A DNA stretch of 64,000 nt from an uncultured virus (IMG/VR IMGVR_UViG_3300021255_000105) (Duplodnaviria; Heunggongvirae; Uroviricota; Caudoviricetes). The translations under genes and the position numbers were made by a program. This document shows, piece after piece, positions 8,917 through 18,032 of the stretch (its first letter is position 1; every line of letters begins with the position of its first letter). The stretch lies in the IMG/VR virus record IMGVR_UViG_3300021255_000105; one strand, 5' to 3'. Below the pieces are notes generated by a model. It did not search any database and was not told the DNA's origin. It saw only the letters and a list, made by a program, of their open reading frames with translations.

Positions 8917-9157
8917 TTCGTCTTACTTTTCGTCTATTTCGTCTTACATTATTGCTACATAATAAGACAAAATATTACATAATTTTACGTTTAACCATGA
9001 CGAAACGAGTTAATAATCAGCACTAAAACGCTCGCTATCAATCACTTTGGACGGCTCGCCAGTTTGCACTTTCCCAGCACCACTGATTTTGTCAAAAGGC
9101 CCCGTCCAGAGTGTTCTGGAGGGGGTTTTGTTTATGATTCGTCTAACTTTTCGTCTA
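8917..9157. other. putative attP with integrase arm-type repeats
   Basis: 20-mer TTCGTCTWACTTTTCGTCTA at 8917 and 9138 (19/20 identical) plus TTCGTCT at 8938, directly upstream of the integrase. Confidence 0.6.
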
Positions 9158-9170
9158 AAAACAAAAGAGC

Positions 9171-10334
9171 ATGACACATTCATTCAATTTTGACAAAGGG
9201 AGCATCAGGCTGGTTGCCTCTCACCACGGCAAACAGTACAAAAAGGCAACCGGCCTTACAACAGAGGCCGCGCTTTGGGACAAAAAGGTGAAATCCCTCC
9301 GTGCAAAGTGCAAAGACCAGCGGATTTGGAAACGACTCCGGGAGATTGACCTTCGGGCCACGGAACGGGAAGATACCGCCCAGACGGAGGAGGACGTGCT
9401 GCGCATCATCGAATACGCGATTACGGGGGAAATGCCAGCGGCCAGAGCAGCCACCAGCGGGGTAAAGAAACTTACCTTTTGGGAGTACTTTGAGGAGTGG
9501 GCCAACCGGCCCGGACCGCAACTGCGGCAAAAGAAACTTTGTTACAGGAACATTGAGCGATTTATGGGCCGTTCGTTCTCATGGGAAGCCGTGGACTCGG
9601 CCTTTCACTTTCGGCTCGTCCAGAAAATGCAAGCGGCCGATTTCGGTATTAACTACCAGTGGAAAACAATCAGCCAACTTAAAACAGTTATGAACGAAGG
9701 GAGGAAACTGAAGTACCACGCCAATTTGGATTATCAGGACTTTAAGACCAAACGGGAGGACCCCGACACAATCTATCTGACAGCCTCCGAGGTGGAGGCC
9801 CTTTGGGGGTTTGTGCCGAAGTATGAGCTGGAAAGGAAGGCCCGCGACTTGTTTTTGCTCGGCGTTTACTCATGCTCCCGTTTTAGCGACTATTCCCGGC
9901 TATCGTCAGATATGATTCGGGACGGGGCAATTCACTTCACCCAGCAAAAGACTGCATCGTCGGTAATCGTCCCCGCCTCCCCTCGCCTTTTGGAAATCCT
10001 CAAACGCAACGGGGGCCGCGCCCCTCATTTGGCGCAGCAGCACCTCAACGAGTGGATTAAACGCATCTGCCGCCAGCTTGGGATTACTTCGCCGGTTGAG
10101 GTCACAACCAGTAACGGCCTCCGACATACAACAGAGGTCAAAGACAAGTGCGACCTTGTGACTTCTCATACGGCCCGGCGGACCGGCATAACGCTGTTAT
10201 ACATGACCGGGATTCCGCTCCAGCAGGTCATGCTGATTTCCGGCCACAAAGACGAGGATTCGATTCGCCACTATTTGAGATTGACGAAGCGGGAAAACGC
10301 GGAAATTTTGAAAGACAACCCCTTTTTCCGTTAG
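9171..10334 (+). CDS. int: phage integrase (tyrosine recombinase)
   Basis: SCSRFSD, SHTARR, SGH, HY catalytic motifs; N-terminal arm and SAM-like regions; 387 aa. Confidence 0.93.
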   Translation: MTHSFNFDKGSIRLVASHHGKQYKKATGLTTEAALWDKKVKSLRAKCKDQRIWKRLREIDLRATEREDTAQTEEDVLRIIEYAITGEMPAARAATSGVKKLTFWEYFEEWANRPGPQLRQKKLCYRNIERFMGRSFSWEAVDSAFHFRLVQKMQAADFGINYQWKTISQLKTVMNEGRKLKYHANLDYQDFKTKREDPDTIYLTASEVEALWGFVPKYELERKARDLFLLGVYSCSRFSDYSRLSSDMIRDGAIHFTQQKTASSVIVPASPRLLEILKRNGGRAPHLAQQHLNEWIKRICRQLGITSPVEVTTSNGLRHTTEVKDKCDLVTSHTARRTGITLLYMTGIPLQQVMLISGHKDEDSIRHYLRLTKRENAEILKDNPFFR

Positions 10335-10418
10335 GCCATAATCATCTTGCCGCCTCCGGCAAATTGTTTTGATAATCAAGCTATTAACCGAATTGAAAAT
10401 AGGCCGCACGCTGGAGCA

Positions 10419-10620
10419 CAAACAAAACGCAAACAAAAACGCGAGTAAACGACAAACAAAACGCACGCGCAAGTTATTTTGTTTCAAATGCTTACAAGGC
10501 TATTTGTTTTCATTGTGACAAACAAAACGCAAACAAAACGCACGCTTGGGAGCACGCCGCAGAGCAACAAGTAAGAAGAAAGAAGATATATTATAAAAAG
10601 AAAAATATAAAAAAGAAAAA
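10419..10620. repeat. iteron-like repeats plus A-rich tract, candidate replication origin
   Basis: CAAACAAAA(A)CGC at 10419, 10430, 10453, 10519, 10530; A/T-rich 10571-10620. Confidence 0.55.
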
Positions 10621-10657
10621 GAAGCCGGGAAGGGTATCACCTCCGCCCGGCTTTGTT

Positions 10658-11023
10658 TCATCGTATTCGTTTTGAAAACGACGCCCACCCGTTGCTTTTA
10701 TCTGGCTTTTTATAGGGTAGGCTAAATTCAGTTGAACTGCGGACTATCCCCGGCTCGTCAATGTCAAAGACGCAGAGCCCGTCGTCGGAGCTTACATACG
10801 CGGAAAGGAAGATTTCGCCCCCAGAGATTCGGTAATACCCAGTCGATTCGCGCCGGTTATCAAAGTGCAGATAGCACTTATCCCCGCCTTCGGGCATTTC
10901 CAGCCAAAGGGTCCCTTCGTAAGTCCATGCCGAGTACATGCCCGGCGAAATCGTTGTCGGTTGTTTCGTGCACGCGGGCATGAGTAGGAGCGCCGCCGCC
11001 AGTAGTAGGATTAACTTTTTCAT
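10658..11023 (-). CDS. lipoprotein with own promoter
   Basis: MKKLILLLAAALLLMPA-C lipobox; TATCTTTG at 11055-11048 upstream. Confidence 0.75.
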   Translation of the reverse strand: MKKLILLLAAALLLMPACTKQPTTISPGMYSAWTYEGTLWLEMPEGGDKCYLHFDNRRESTGYYRISGGEIFLSAYVSSDDGLCVFDIDEPGIVRSSTEFSLPYKKPDKSNGWASFSKRIR

Positions 11024-11077
11024 GTCGCCAGTAAGATTAAAGCCGGACAAAGATAATGATTTTTGCCCGGCCATGCG

Positions 11078-11329
11078 TTACTTTTCCTCGTAAAGTGGCG
11101 TTGTGGGATTCAACGCGCCGGTATCGGTCCTGACGTAGAGGGGCCGCTCGGTGTAGAGCCCTGCGTCCCACATTACGCCCACCCAGATTCGACAGTCGCG
11201 GGAGCTTATGAAGTCGGACGGGTGCTGCCTCCCGTCAATGCTGATACGCCACTTTTTGTTGTTCCCGGTTTCGGGATAGCAGATAATGGCCTTCTGCGGT
11301 ACAGGTGTTGTTGCTTTTGCTTTTGGCAT
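11078..11329 (-). CDS. hypothetical protein
   Basis: 83-aa ORF with start motif. Confidence 0.6.
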   Translation of the reverse strand: MPKAKATTPVPQKAIICYPETGNNKKWRISIDGRQHPSDFISSRDCRIWVGVMWDAGLYTERPLYVRTDTGALNPTTPLYEEK

Positions 11330-11350
11330 AACTCAAAGATTGATTAGAGA

Positions 11351-12181
11351 TTAGGAAAAAAACGCCATAGCGGCGCTGGAAAGCCCTTCGTTTGAGGGTA
11401 TGATATACCGCGCCGTAATAGCGCTGGAAGAGTGCTGGAGTACGCGGGAGATTTCCTCTGTCGCCACCCCGCGCCGGTTAAGGCATGTTGCCATGCTGAT
11501 TCGGGCCGAGTGTGACGTGATAAACTCATATTTAGGCCCCTTCAGTTCTTTGCCGCCTTTGAGGACTATCACCTCGTCGTTAATTCCAGCCTTCTTGCAA
11601 AGTTCGCGGATAGCCTCGTTATAGCACTTTGGCGTAACTTTGTACTCCGGGTGTTCGGCCACCCATGCGATTCTGGCCTCGAGTCCCGGCTTCAGCGGGA
11701 CCACCCCGGCCTTCTTTGTTTTTTGGGCCACGAATCTGATAACGCCCTCCGAAATGTTTTCGGTGGTCAGGTTCATGGCGTCGCCCACGCGGAGGCCCGT
11801 GTAGGCGCAGATAAGAAACACATTCTTAACATACTCTTGCCGGGGCGTGTGCGTCCTCGTTTCGGAAAGCATGTTGAGCTCGGTTTCCGTCAGATAGGTT
11901 TTCATCGGCTTTTGATTCTTGCATGAAAGAATCTTCTGCCAGCCCTTCGGCAGCTCCACGTCCTCGCAGTAGCGGTTAAAGAGCGCTTTTGCGTAGGCCA
12001 TGACCGTCTTTGCGGTTGAGGGTGCAACGGCCTCGGTTAAATGGTCGTGAAACTCATAAAGCGCGGAGCGGGTAATGTCGTTCCACTGGTAAATACCCGC
12101 CGCGTTCAAGTGCTTGCGGAGGGAGGCCCCCGCCGCGCCTTTGTTCTGCATCTTGTCGATTGCTTCTTGTAATGTTCTCAT
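11351..12181 (-). CDS. second tyrosine recombinase (276 aa, no arm-binding domain)
   Basis: YTGLRVGD, QKT, SHSAR, LQHSS, ARY: full R-K-H-R-H-Y set. Confidence 0.9.
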   Translation of the reverse strand: MRTLQEAIDKMQNKGAAGASLRKHLNAAGIYQWNDITRSALYEFHDHLTEAVAPSTAKTVMAYAKALFNRYCEDVELPKGWQKILSCKNQKPMKTYLTETELNMLSETRTHTPRQEYVKNVFLICAYTGLRVGDAMNLTTENISEGVIRFVAQKTKKAGVVPLKPGLEARIAWVAEHPEYKVTPKCYNEAIRELCKKAGINDEVIVLKGGKELKGPKYEFITSHSARISMATCLNRRGVATEEISRVLQHSSSAITARYIIPSNEGLSSAAMAFFS

Positions 12182-12218
12182 AACTCAAAGATTTTTGATT
12201 TGGCGAACGATGAGGTTA

Positions 12219-12389
12219 TCACACCTCCTCGTCCAATGCTTTTTTCAAGTAGATTTTGGCTTTTTCTTTCGCAGACTCTCTATCGTTTGCTGTTAGGTCT
12301 GTGACGGCGACTTCGACTTTTCCGAATCGGAAGTAGACGTTAAAGTATGGCTTCCCGCCTTTGCTTTTTGAATATTTTTCTACGAACAT
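12219..12389 (-). CDS. small hypothetical protein (56 aa), not in ORF track
   Basis: MFVEKYSKSKGGKPYFNVYFRFGKVEV...; fills one cassette slot, stop codon lies in hairpin loop. Confidence 0.6.
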   Translation of the reverse strand: MFVEKYSKSKGGKPYFNVYFRFGKVEVAVTDLTANDRESAKEKAKIYLKKALDEEV

Positions 12390-12441
12390 AACTTATTGTT
12401 TTTGGTTTTTTTGATTTGGAGGGGGAAAGGGCGGTCGGGTC

Positions 12442-12630
12442 CTATCCCCTTTTATACGCCTTACATTTGTCCCGGTTTCGGTGCAGGTCCACGTTGTCGC
12501 CAATCGGTATCGGCCCGATTCGCGGCATGGCTACACACTCATAGCCTCGCACAATGTCAAGCTCGCAGTGTATGCAAGTCCAACAGCAGCGAAAGGAAAA
12601 ATCCTTGTCGGTGATTCGGTGTTTACTCAT
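12442..12630 (-). CDS. small Cys-rich protein
   Basis: CCWTCIHC..C..C; perfect start motif. Confidence 0.65.
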   Translation of the reverse strand: MSKHRITDKDFSFRCCWTCIHCELDIVRGYECVAMPRIGPIPIGDNVDLHRNRDKCKAYKRG

Positions 12631-12666
12631 AACTCAAAGATTTAAGATTAGAGAAGGAGGAGGCGG

Positions 12667-12825
12667 TCAAGCCTCGTCCTTCTTTTTGCGTTTAGGGGTC
12701 TTGAATCCGCAAGCGCCCCAAATTAGCATCGAGTCGCTATTGTAGCGTCCAATCTTGCACCCTTCTTTGGTGCGCCCGTCCCAATGCTCACACTTCCAGC
12801 AGGGCTCTCCTTTTTCCGGTTTCAT
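12667..12825 (-). CDS. small Cys-rich protein (52 aa), not in ORF track
   Basis: MKPEKGEPCWKCEHW...GC...AC; stop codon in hairpin loop. Confidence 0.6.
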   Translation of the reverse strand: MKPEKGEPCWKCEHWDGRTKEGCKIGRYNSDSMLIWGACGFKTPKRKKKDEA

Positions 12826-12884
12826 ATTCGTTAGATTTTAATGGTTTGGCGAGCCGGAGGCCGGTCAGGGCCTCCCGCCCGATA

Positions 12885-13139
12885 CTAATTACCCCCCCCG
12901 TTTTCCTCTTCCGGGTTCTTTTCGAGATACTCTCCAAGCCCGGCCTTCATCTTCTCTGCAAGCGCATTGAGGGAGCCCATGATTTTGTGGAAATCCTCCG
13001 CGAGCTTGCGCTCTTTCGGGTTGCTGGATTCCTCAAACTTCTTTGCGGCCGCTGCGGCTGGGATAGCCCTTGCCTTTTCGCGTAAAACGCGCTCGAAAAT
13101 CCAAAGGGCTTCGTTGGGTGTCAATTCTACTTTAATCAT
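12885..13139 (-). CDS. hypothetical protein
   Basis: 84-aa ORF with start motif. Confidence 0.65.
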   Translation of the reverse strand: MIKVELTPNEALWIFERVLREKARAIPAAAAAKKFEESSNPKERKLAEDFHKIMGSLNALAEKMKAGLGEYLEKNPEEENGGGN

Positions 13140-13209
13140 AACTCAAAAATTTAAAAGTGAAACATAGGTGTTTGGAAGAAGGCGGGAGGTATCAGCCCCC
13201 GCCCCCTTT

Positions 13210-13410
13210 TTACTTTTCGTACTCTTTTAGGATTTCCCGCGTTTTGTCCTCCAGTTCCAAACCGAAGGTAGCGGAGAGATAAAAGAGCTCGCGGACGTGC
13301 CCTTTGGCGCGTTCGGTGTTGAGCAGACCGGCGGCAACCATATTGACCGTTCCGTCAAGGTGCTCCTCGGCATACATTTTCAGATTTTCCTTTGTGACTT
13401 CTTTTGCCAT
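13210..13410 (-). CDS. hypothetical protein
   Basis: 66-aa ORF in array. Confidence 0.6.
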   Translation of the reverse strand: MAKEVTKENLKMYAEEHLDGTVNMVAAGLLNTERAKGHVRELFYLSATFGLELEDKTREILKEYEK

Positions 13411-13416
13411 AACATT

Positions 13417-13614
13417 CTAATTTTTAATAATTCTAAATTTGTCTATTTCCGGGACAACAGCAAGCGAGCCCCAAGTGCCGTGGAGCTGGCCGATTCCGTC
13501 AATCATCTGGACCACGCCCTCGCGCCCGTTGTAAGCCCGAGCCTGCTCGTCCTTTCCGTTTCCGTCGTCCATTCGGACAATGCGAATCTTGTCGCCGACT
13601 TTTACTTTACTCAT
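13417..13614 (-). CDS. DUF4314-like protein
   Basis: VGDKIRIVRMDD..GREGVVQMIDGIGQLHGTWGSLAV..D.F pattern. Confidence 0.7.
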   Translation of the reverse strand: MSKVKVGDKIRIVRMDDGNGKDEQARAYNGREGVVQMIDGIGQLHGTWGSLAVVPEIDKFRIIKN

Positions 13615-13810
13615 GGCTTTCCTCCTCAATTTTTGCAATCTTTGTAAGCTCGCGCAGAATCAAATTACAACGGTTGATAGTCAGCTCAATGCTCCGCGTT
13701 GCTTCCTGTACCTGAATCTTGTTGCTGGCGGCCCGGAGGTCGCTGATAGTCTGGATTACGCACTCGCCGATAAGCTCAAAATCGTTTTTGGAGAAAGTAA
13801 GATTATACAT
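13607..13810 (-). CDS. hypothetical protein
   Basis: 67-aa ORF with start motif. Confidence 0.6.
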   Translation of the reverse strand: MYNLTFSKNDFELIGECVIQTISDLRAASNKIQVQEATRSIELTINRCNLILRELTKIAKIEEESHE

Positions 13811-13869
13811 AACTCATTGATTTAATTGGTTTTTGAGCGCGGGAAAGGTATCACCCCGTCCCGCCCTTT

Positions 13870-14115
13870 TCAGTACGGAAATGTGCAACCGGCCCGCACC
13901 CATTTTTCCACGTCCTCGGCGGCTTCGAATAAAGTCCGTACCATACTTGAAAGAACGTTATCACCCAGCTTAAAAGTAACGAGGAGCGCCCCTTCGGGAT
14001 TGTGGCTCACCACGACGGACTCGCCGTTTCGCGGATTGACCCATGCGGCCCTAATGTTGTGTTGTTCGCAGGCAAAGTAGATTTGCCGTGCAAGGTTGTC
14101 TTTTGTCTTACTCAT
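13870..14115 (-). CDS. hypothetical protein
   Basis: 81-aa ORF with start motif. Confidence 0.65.
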   Translation of the reverse strand: MSKTKDNLARQIYFACEQHNIRAAWVNPRNGESVVVSHNPEGALLVTFKLGDNVLSSMVRTLFEAAEDVEKWVRAGCTFPY

Positions 14116-14170
14116 AACTCAAAGTGTTTAAGATTGGAGAAGGCGGGCCGCAATCAAGCCCCCGCCTTCT

Positions 14171-14647
14171 TTAAGCGTTCGGATTCATCTGCCGGAGGAT
14201 TTTTTTCATGGCCGCTTCACACTGGCTCGCCACTTTCAGGCACAGGGCCGATTGGTCTTTGTCGCGGTCGTTTTCCAGCGCCCGGGCGGTCGCTTTCAGG
14301 CTTGCAGATTGGTCTGCAAGGGTGGCGGCAATTACCGTCATGTCCTCTTTTGTCAGCTCAACTTTCCGCTCTCGCGTGTCCGGCGTTCCTTCCCAGTCGG
14401 CAACCCATTCGATTCTTAAAAGTTCGTCCGGCTCGCGCATGTCGGGGTCCCCCCGCCAGATTTCCTCGGCGGCGGCTTTGATTGTCCCGCGTTCGCAGTC
14501 GATAATTACTGAATCCGTCCCGGCGGGGATATGCGCCGCCAGATTGCCGCAGAAAACAAGCTCATTCACAAGGTCGTGCAGCAGGCAGTAAGCCATTTGA
14601 TACTCCCGGCTCCCGGGGTCCTCAATTTTGATAGATAGCTTATACAT
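14171..14647 (-). CDS. hypothetical protein
   Basis: 158-aa ORF with start motif. Confidence 0.65.
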   Translation of the reverse strand: MYKLSIKIEDPGSREYQMAYCLLHDLVNELVFCGNLAAHIPAGTDSVIIDCERGTIKAAAEEIWRGDPDMREPDELLRIEWVADWEGTPDTRERKVELTKEDMTVIAATLADQSASLKATARALENDRDKDQSALCLKVASQCEAAMKKILRQMNPNA

Positions 14648-14704
14648 AACTCTTTAAGATTTAATTGGTTTGGAGAAGGTGGGCGGTATCACCCGCCCGC
14701 CCTC

Positions 14705-15100
14705 TTAATCATCAACGTAAAAAAGAATATCCTCCGGGACGAAATCGAGGTCGTTGTAGTCAATCCCCTCGTCCCAGCAGTACTCTTGCATCTGGTCGCT
14801 TATCTGGTCGGCGAGTCTTGCGTCGGCCTGCAAAAGCGAGCATCGGTTCCGGTCGATAGCGCCCAGCGCCCGGCTCGTTCTTTCGTCCCAGCCTTCGATA
14901 TTGTCCTTGCATCGGAGCCATACGGCCATCCGGGGTTCGTCCTTTTTGAGTTCGTCGAACATTTCCGGGGTCAGCTTTGAAAGGTCCAGCTTCACGCTCT
15001 CGCCGGTGCGGTAGCTCTTAATTTCGAGCACCGGCCCGTCAAATGAGAAAACCTTGCTTCCGTTAATGATTTTGATTGCGTTTTCGTAGGTCTGTTTCAT
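14705..15100 (-). CDS. hypothetical acidic protein
   Basis: 131-aa ORF, D/E-rich C-terminus, perfect start motif. Confidence 0.65.
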   Translation of the reverse strand: MKQTYENAIKIINGSKVFSFDGPVLEIKSYRTGESVKLDLSKLTPEMFDELKKDEPRMAVWLRCKDNIEGWDERTSRALGAIDRNRCSLLQADARLADQISDQMQEYCWDEGIDYNDLDFVPEDILFYVDD

Positions 15101-15160
15101 AACTCAAAGATTTAAGATTTTAGCAAGCGCGGGAGGTATCACCCGCCCGCGCCCGTGGCG

Positions 15161-15553
15161 CTATCCGATGCTATAAAAGTGCTCTATGTGGTCGCAAAGT
15201 GTTATGTATTTTTCATCTTTGCTCCCGTCGCCGTATCCGGCCCTTTTCCAGTCGAAAAACTCGCGTGAAAGGTTATCGGCGGCGATGCACTCGCCATAGC
15301 TCATGCTTTCTTGCTCGCCGCCAAGAATAAACGTGGCGCAGGCTTTTGCAACGAGCATAGCCCTATCGAGCTCGGTGTTGCTTATTTTGCCGTCCGGGGC
15401 GTTGGTCGTAAACCGCACCGATTCCCCGAGGCCCCGCGTGATTGTGATTGCGCGGTCGAGGCCGCTGTTCAGGCAAACGTCGATACTGCGCTCGTTGTTT
15501 TTCTCCGCATCAAAGCAGAAGAGGATAGCAGTTACCATGATTTTCTTGCTCAT
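15161..15553 (-). CDS. hypothetical protein
   Basis: 130-aa ORF, perfect start motif. Confidence 0.65.
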   Translation of the reverse strand: MSKKIMVTAILFCFDAEKNNERSIDVCLNSGLDRAITITRGLGESVRFTTNAPDGKISNTELDRAMLVAKACATFILGGEQESMSYGECIAADNLSREFFDWKRAGYGDGSKDEKYITLCDHIEHFYSIG

Positions 15554-15599
15554 AACTCAAAGATTTTTAAAGATTTAACTCGGCGAAGGTGGGCGCGTA

Positions 15600-16034
15600 T
15601 TAGGCCCCCGCCTCCATTTCATTGAGCTCGTCTATTGCATCGTCGATTATATCCAGCGGCTTGTAATAGTGGCTCAAAGCGTTTTCCCGCGTTGCATCTG
15701 CAAAGGACTCCGGCCCGGGTATATAGCGCACGATTTCCGCGCGTGTCAGTTCCAGGGCCGCAACGGCCTCGGCGGGTTCGATATATTCCCCTTCCCGGCC
15801 CTTTTGAATCAGCCCGGAAAGGTAACTTCTATATCCCCCCGTCCCGGCCTTTTCAAGCGCCCTTAAAGCGCGAAACAAGATAGAACGGACTTGCACCCCG
15901 TCCCGGTCTTTTTTCTCGTTTTTAGCAAGTTTTAGGGCCGTTTCCCGGGCTTCAGTATTCCGGGCGCTGCGCATAATCAGCGCGAACGGCAGCGCAAGTA
16001 GGCATGTAATAGGGATTAACCAAAAAGGACTCAT
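15600..16034 (-). CDS. membrane-anchored hypothetical protein
   Basis: MSPFWLIPITCLLALPFALIM N-terminal TM; stop TAA in hairpin loop. Confidence 0.6.
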   Translation of the reverse strand: MSPFWLIPITCLLALPFALIMRSARNTEARETALKLAKNEKKDRDGVQVRSILFRALRALEKAGTGGYRSYLSGLIQKGREGEYIEPAEAVAALELTRAEIVRYIPGPESFADATRENALSHYYKPLDIIDDAIDELNEMEAGA

Positions 16035-16113
16035 ATTTTTTAGATTTAATTTGGAGGCCGGGTGGAGCATCGCCCCCGCCCGGCTTGATTATGAAAAACA
16101 ATGCAAATCGCTC

Positions 16114-16185
16114 TTATTCGGAGCGTTTTTCGGCCATGAGATTGACAAAAATTGCAATCAGAATCATAGGTACAAAAATAGTCAT
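16114..16185 (-). CDS. 23-aa hydrophobic micropeptide
   Basis: MTIFVPMILIAIFVNLMAEKRSE; perfect start motif and upstream hairpin. Confidence 0.55.
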   Translation of the reverse strand: MTIFVPMILIAIFVNLMAEKRSE

Positions 16186-16272
16186 AACTCAAAGATTTAA
16201 AGATTTTTAGAGAGCGGAAAGGGTATCACCCCTCCCCGTCCTTTTGTTTTACCCCCTCCCCCTTTTCTTTTT

Positions 16273-16755
16273 TTAGTCGGCCCAGTGGAACATGTAAGCG
16301 CAGGCCTCGTCTTTTTTCGCGGCCTCCTCCTCGGTGTCATCTTCGCTTTTGGCGTACTTGCTATCGAACATATCCAGCGCTTTGTAGTACAAATCGGCGT
16401 AAAGCTCGGACAGCCCGTGCTCGTTATTTGCGTGCCAGAACCACGACAAATGATTCAGGCTCATAATAAGCTCGGTGAAGTACTTGTAATCGGACAGCCA
16501 GCTGCGCGAGGCGCGGTTGTAGGTGTCTTTTATTGCGTTGTCCCCGAAGGGCTCGGCCAGCGCGAAATCCGATACAAACGTGGTAAAGCGCTTATATCCG
16601 TTATTTTCGCTCATAACCCGCTCAAAGATACGCTCCATAGCGGCCCCGTAGATGAACGGATTGCTCCGGGCCTGCGTGAGAAGTTTCTTGACTCCCGGGC
16701 GCATGGCGCGGGCATAAGGGTTGCTCGTTTTGGTGGCGGTTGCAGTTGTACTCAT
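16273..16755 (-). CDS. conserved phage/MGE hypothetical protein
   Basis: TTF..DF..AE.FG..AIKDTY.RA...W..DYKY.TEL.M.LNH pattern; perfect start motif. Confidence 0.7.
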   Translation of the reverse strand: MSTTATATKTSNPYARAMRPGVKKLLTQARSNPFIYGAAMERIFERVMSENNGYKRFTTFVSDFALAEPFGDNAIKDTYNRASRSWLSDYKYFTELIMSLNHLSWFWHANNEHGLSELYADLYYKALDMFDSKYAKSEDDTEEEAAKKDEACAYMFHWAD

Positions 16756-16831
16756 AACTCAAAGATTTTTAATAGTTAGACATTTGGCAGGCGTGGTCCC
16801 GGTCAGGGGGCCTCGCCCGTTTCAATCCTTG

Positions 16832-17098
16832 TTAGTCCTGAATGGCGACATATCGCCACTCGTAGCGGTACTGCCCCCGGGCACCCGGGGTTTTGGTGTA
16901 CGTGTTTTTGCAGAGGAGCGCGTCGCAGTCGGGGTTTATCTTCATTAGCTTATACCCGGCCCGGACGAGCATTTTAACCGCATCTTGAAAATTACTCGGT
17001 ATCGAGTGGAAGGTGGGCTTGTATGAGCAAATGACATAGCGCCCGCCCTTTTTACGGTCTGCGCCCTCGGTGAGGAAGGATTTGTTTTTCAGATTCAT
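16832..17098 (-). CDS. hypothetical protein
   Basis: 88-aa ORF with start motif. Confidence 0.6.
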   Translation of the reverse strand: MNLKNKSFLTEGADRKKGGRYVICSYKPTFHSIPSNFQDAVKMLVRAGYKLMKINPDCDALLCKNTYTKTPGARGQYRYEWRYVAIQD

Positions 17099-17155
17099 AA
17101 CTCGAAAGATTTAAAAGTTTTTGAACCCCGGGCGCGGTATCAGCGCCCCCGGGAT

Positions 17156-17974
17156 TTAGTCAGATAGTTTGCTCATTATAGCGGCGGTATTAAGCCCGCG
17201 CAGCTCATAAAACGATACTATCTTTTTTAGGTGCAGCCCGGCGTTTTTTGCGGCGGTATCGACGAGCCCGGCGTCGCTTATGGGTGAACCATGACCGATT
17301 GAAAAATAGAGGTTTTTCAAGCCCGGGGCCGTTTCAACGAACCGCAAAAAATGCCTTCTTAACATTGACGGGTTTACAAGTGGATAGGCCGTTTTTTTAA
17401 TGTCAAGATACTGCGCCGAGTCTTTGATTCTTACAAACATATTGCAAGTATCATAATGCCCGCCCCGGGCGCTGCATTTAGAACCGAAATAGACGTAAAG
17501 ATTAACTCTATATCCGTTTTTCTCGAGTCCCATGAGCGCCCCCATGAGGGCGGCGGCGGTATCTTTCAGCTCGTCGGCGCTTATATCATACGAGGCGCTG
17601 CCGTTATAACATACATTCAATACTTTACTATCTTTATATGTTACTTTTTCGGTGCGTATCATGGATTTAGGAAGGCCCATGAGGGCGGCCGGGACGCTCG
17701 CCGCGCCCCCGCAAACGGAGGCATATCGGCGTGTCCTGCGCCCCTCTCCGAGGGTTTTCACGCGGGCCGCAGTTGCCGTTTTCAGGGCGGCGGCGCTTTT
17801 TTCGTCCCCGTCCCGGAGCAGCACGTTTGCGGCTTCGTATGATTCCGTCCCGGTGAATTTTTCGGAGCCCGTAAAAGCGCCGCAATCGCGGCCCTTAAAA
17901 ACTTGATTTTCCGGGGCCGTATCAAGATACGCCCGGAGCCCGTCTAAATTGCTGAAGGTTTTTGTAATATCCAT
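17156..17974 (-). CDS. vWA-like partner of the AAA ATPase
   Basis: 272 aa; SVPAALMGLPKSM, LEKNGYRVNLY, NPSMLRR; adjacent to MoxR-type ATPase. Confidence 0.55.
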   Translation of the reverse strand: MDITKTFSNLDGLRAYLDTAPENQVFKGRDCGAFTGSEKFTGTESYEAANVLLRDGDEKSAAALKTATAARVKTLGEGRRTRRYASVCGGAASVPAALMGLPKSMIRTEKVTYKDSKVLNVCYNGSASYDISADELKDTAAALMGALMGLEKNGYRVNLYVYFGSKCSARGGHYDTCNMFVRIKDSAQYLDIKKTAYPLVNPSMLRRHFLRFVETAPGLKNLYFSIGHGSPISDAGLVDTAAKNAGLHLKKIVSFYELRGLNTAAIMSKLSD

Positions 17975-18032
17975 AACTCAAAAATTTAAGATTAGAACCC
18001 CGCCCCCGGTCCCCCGGGCGGCAGGATTTATG

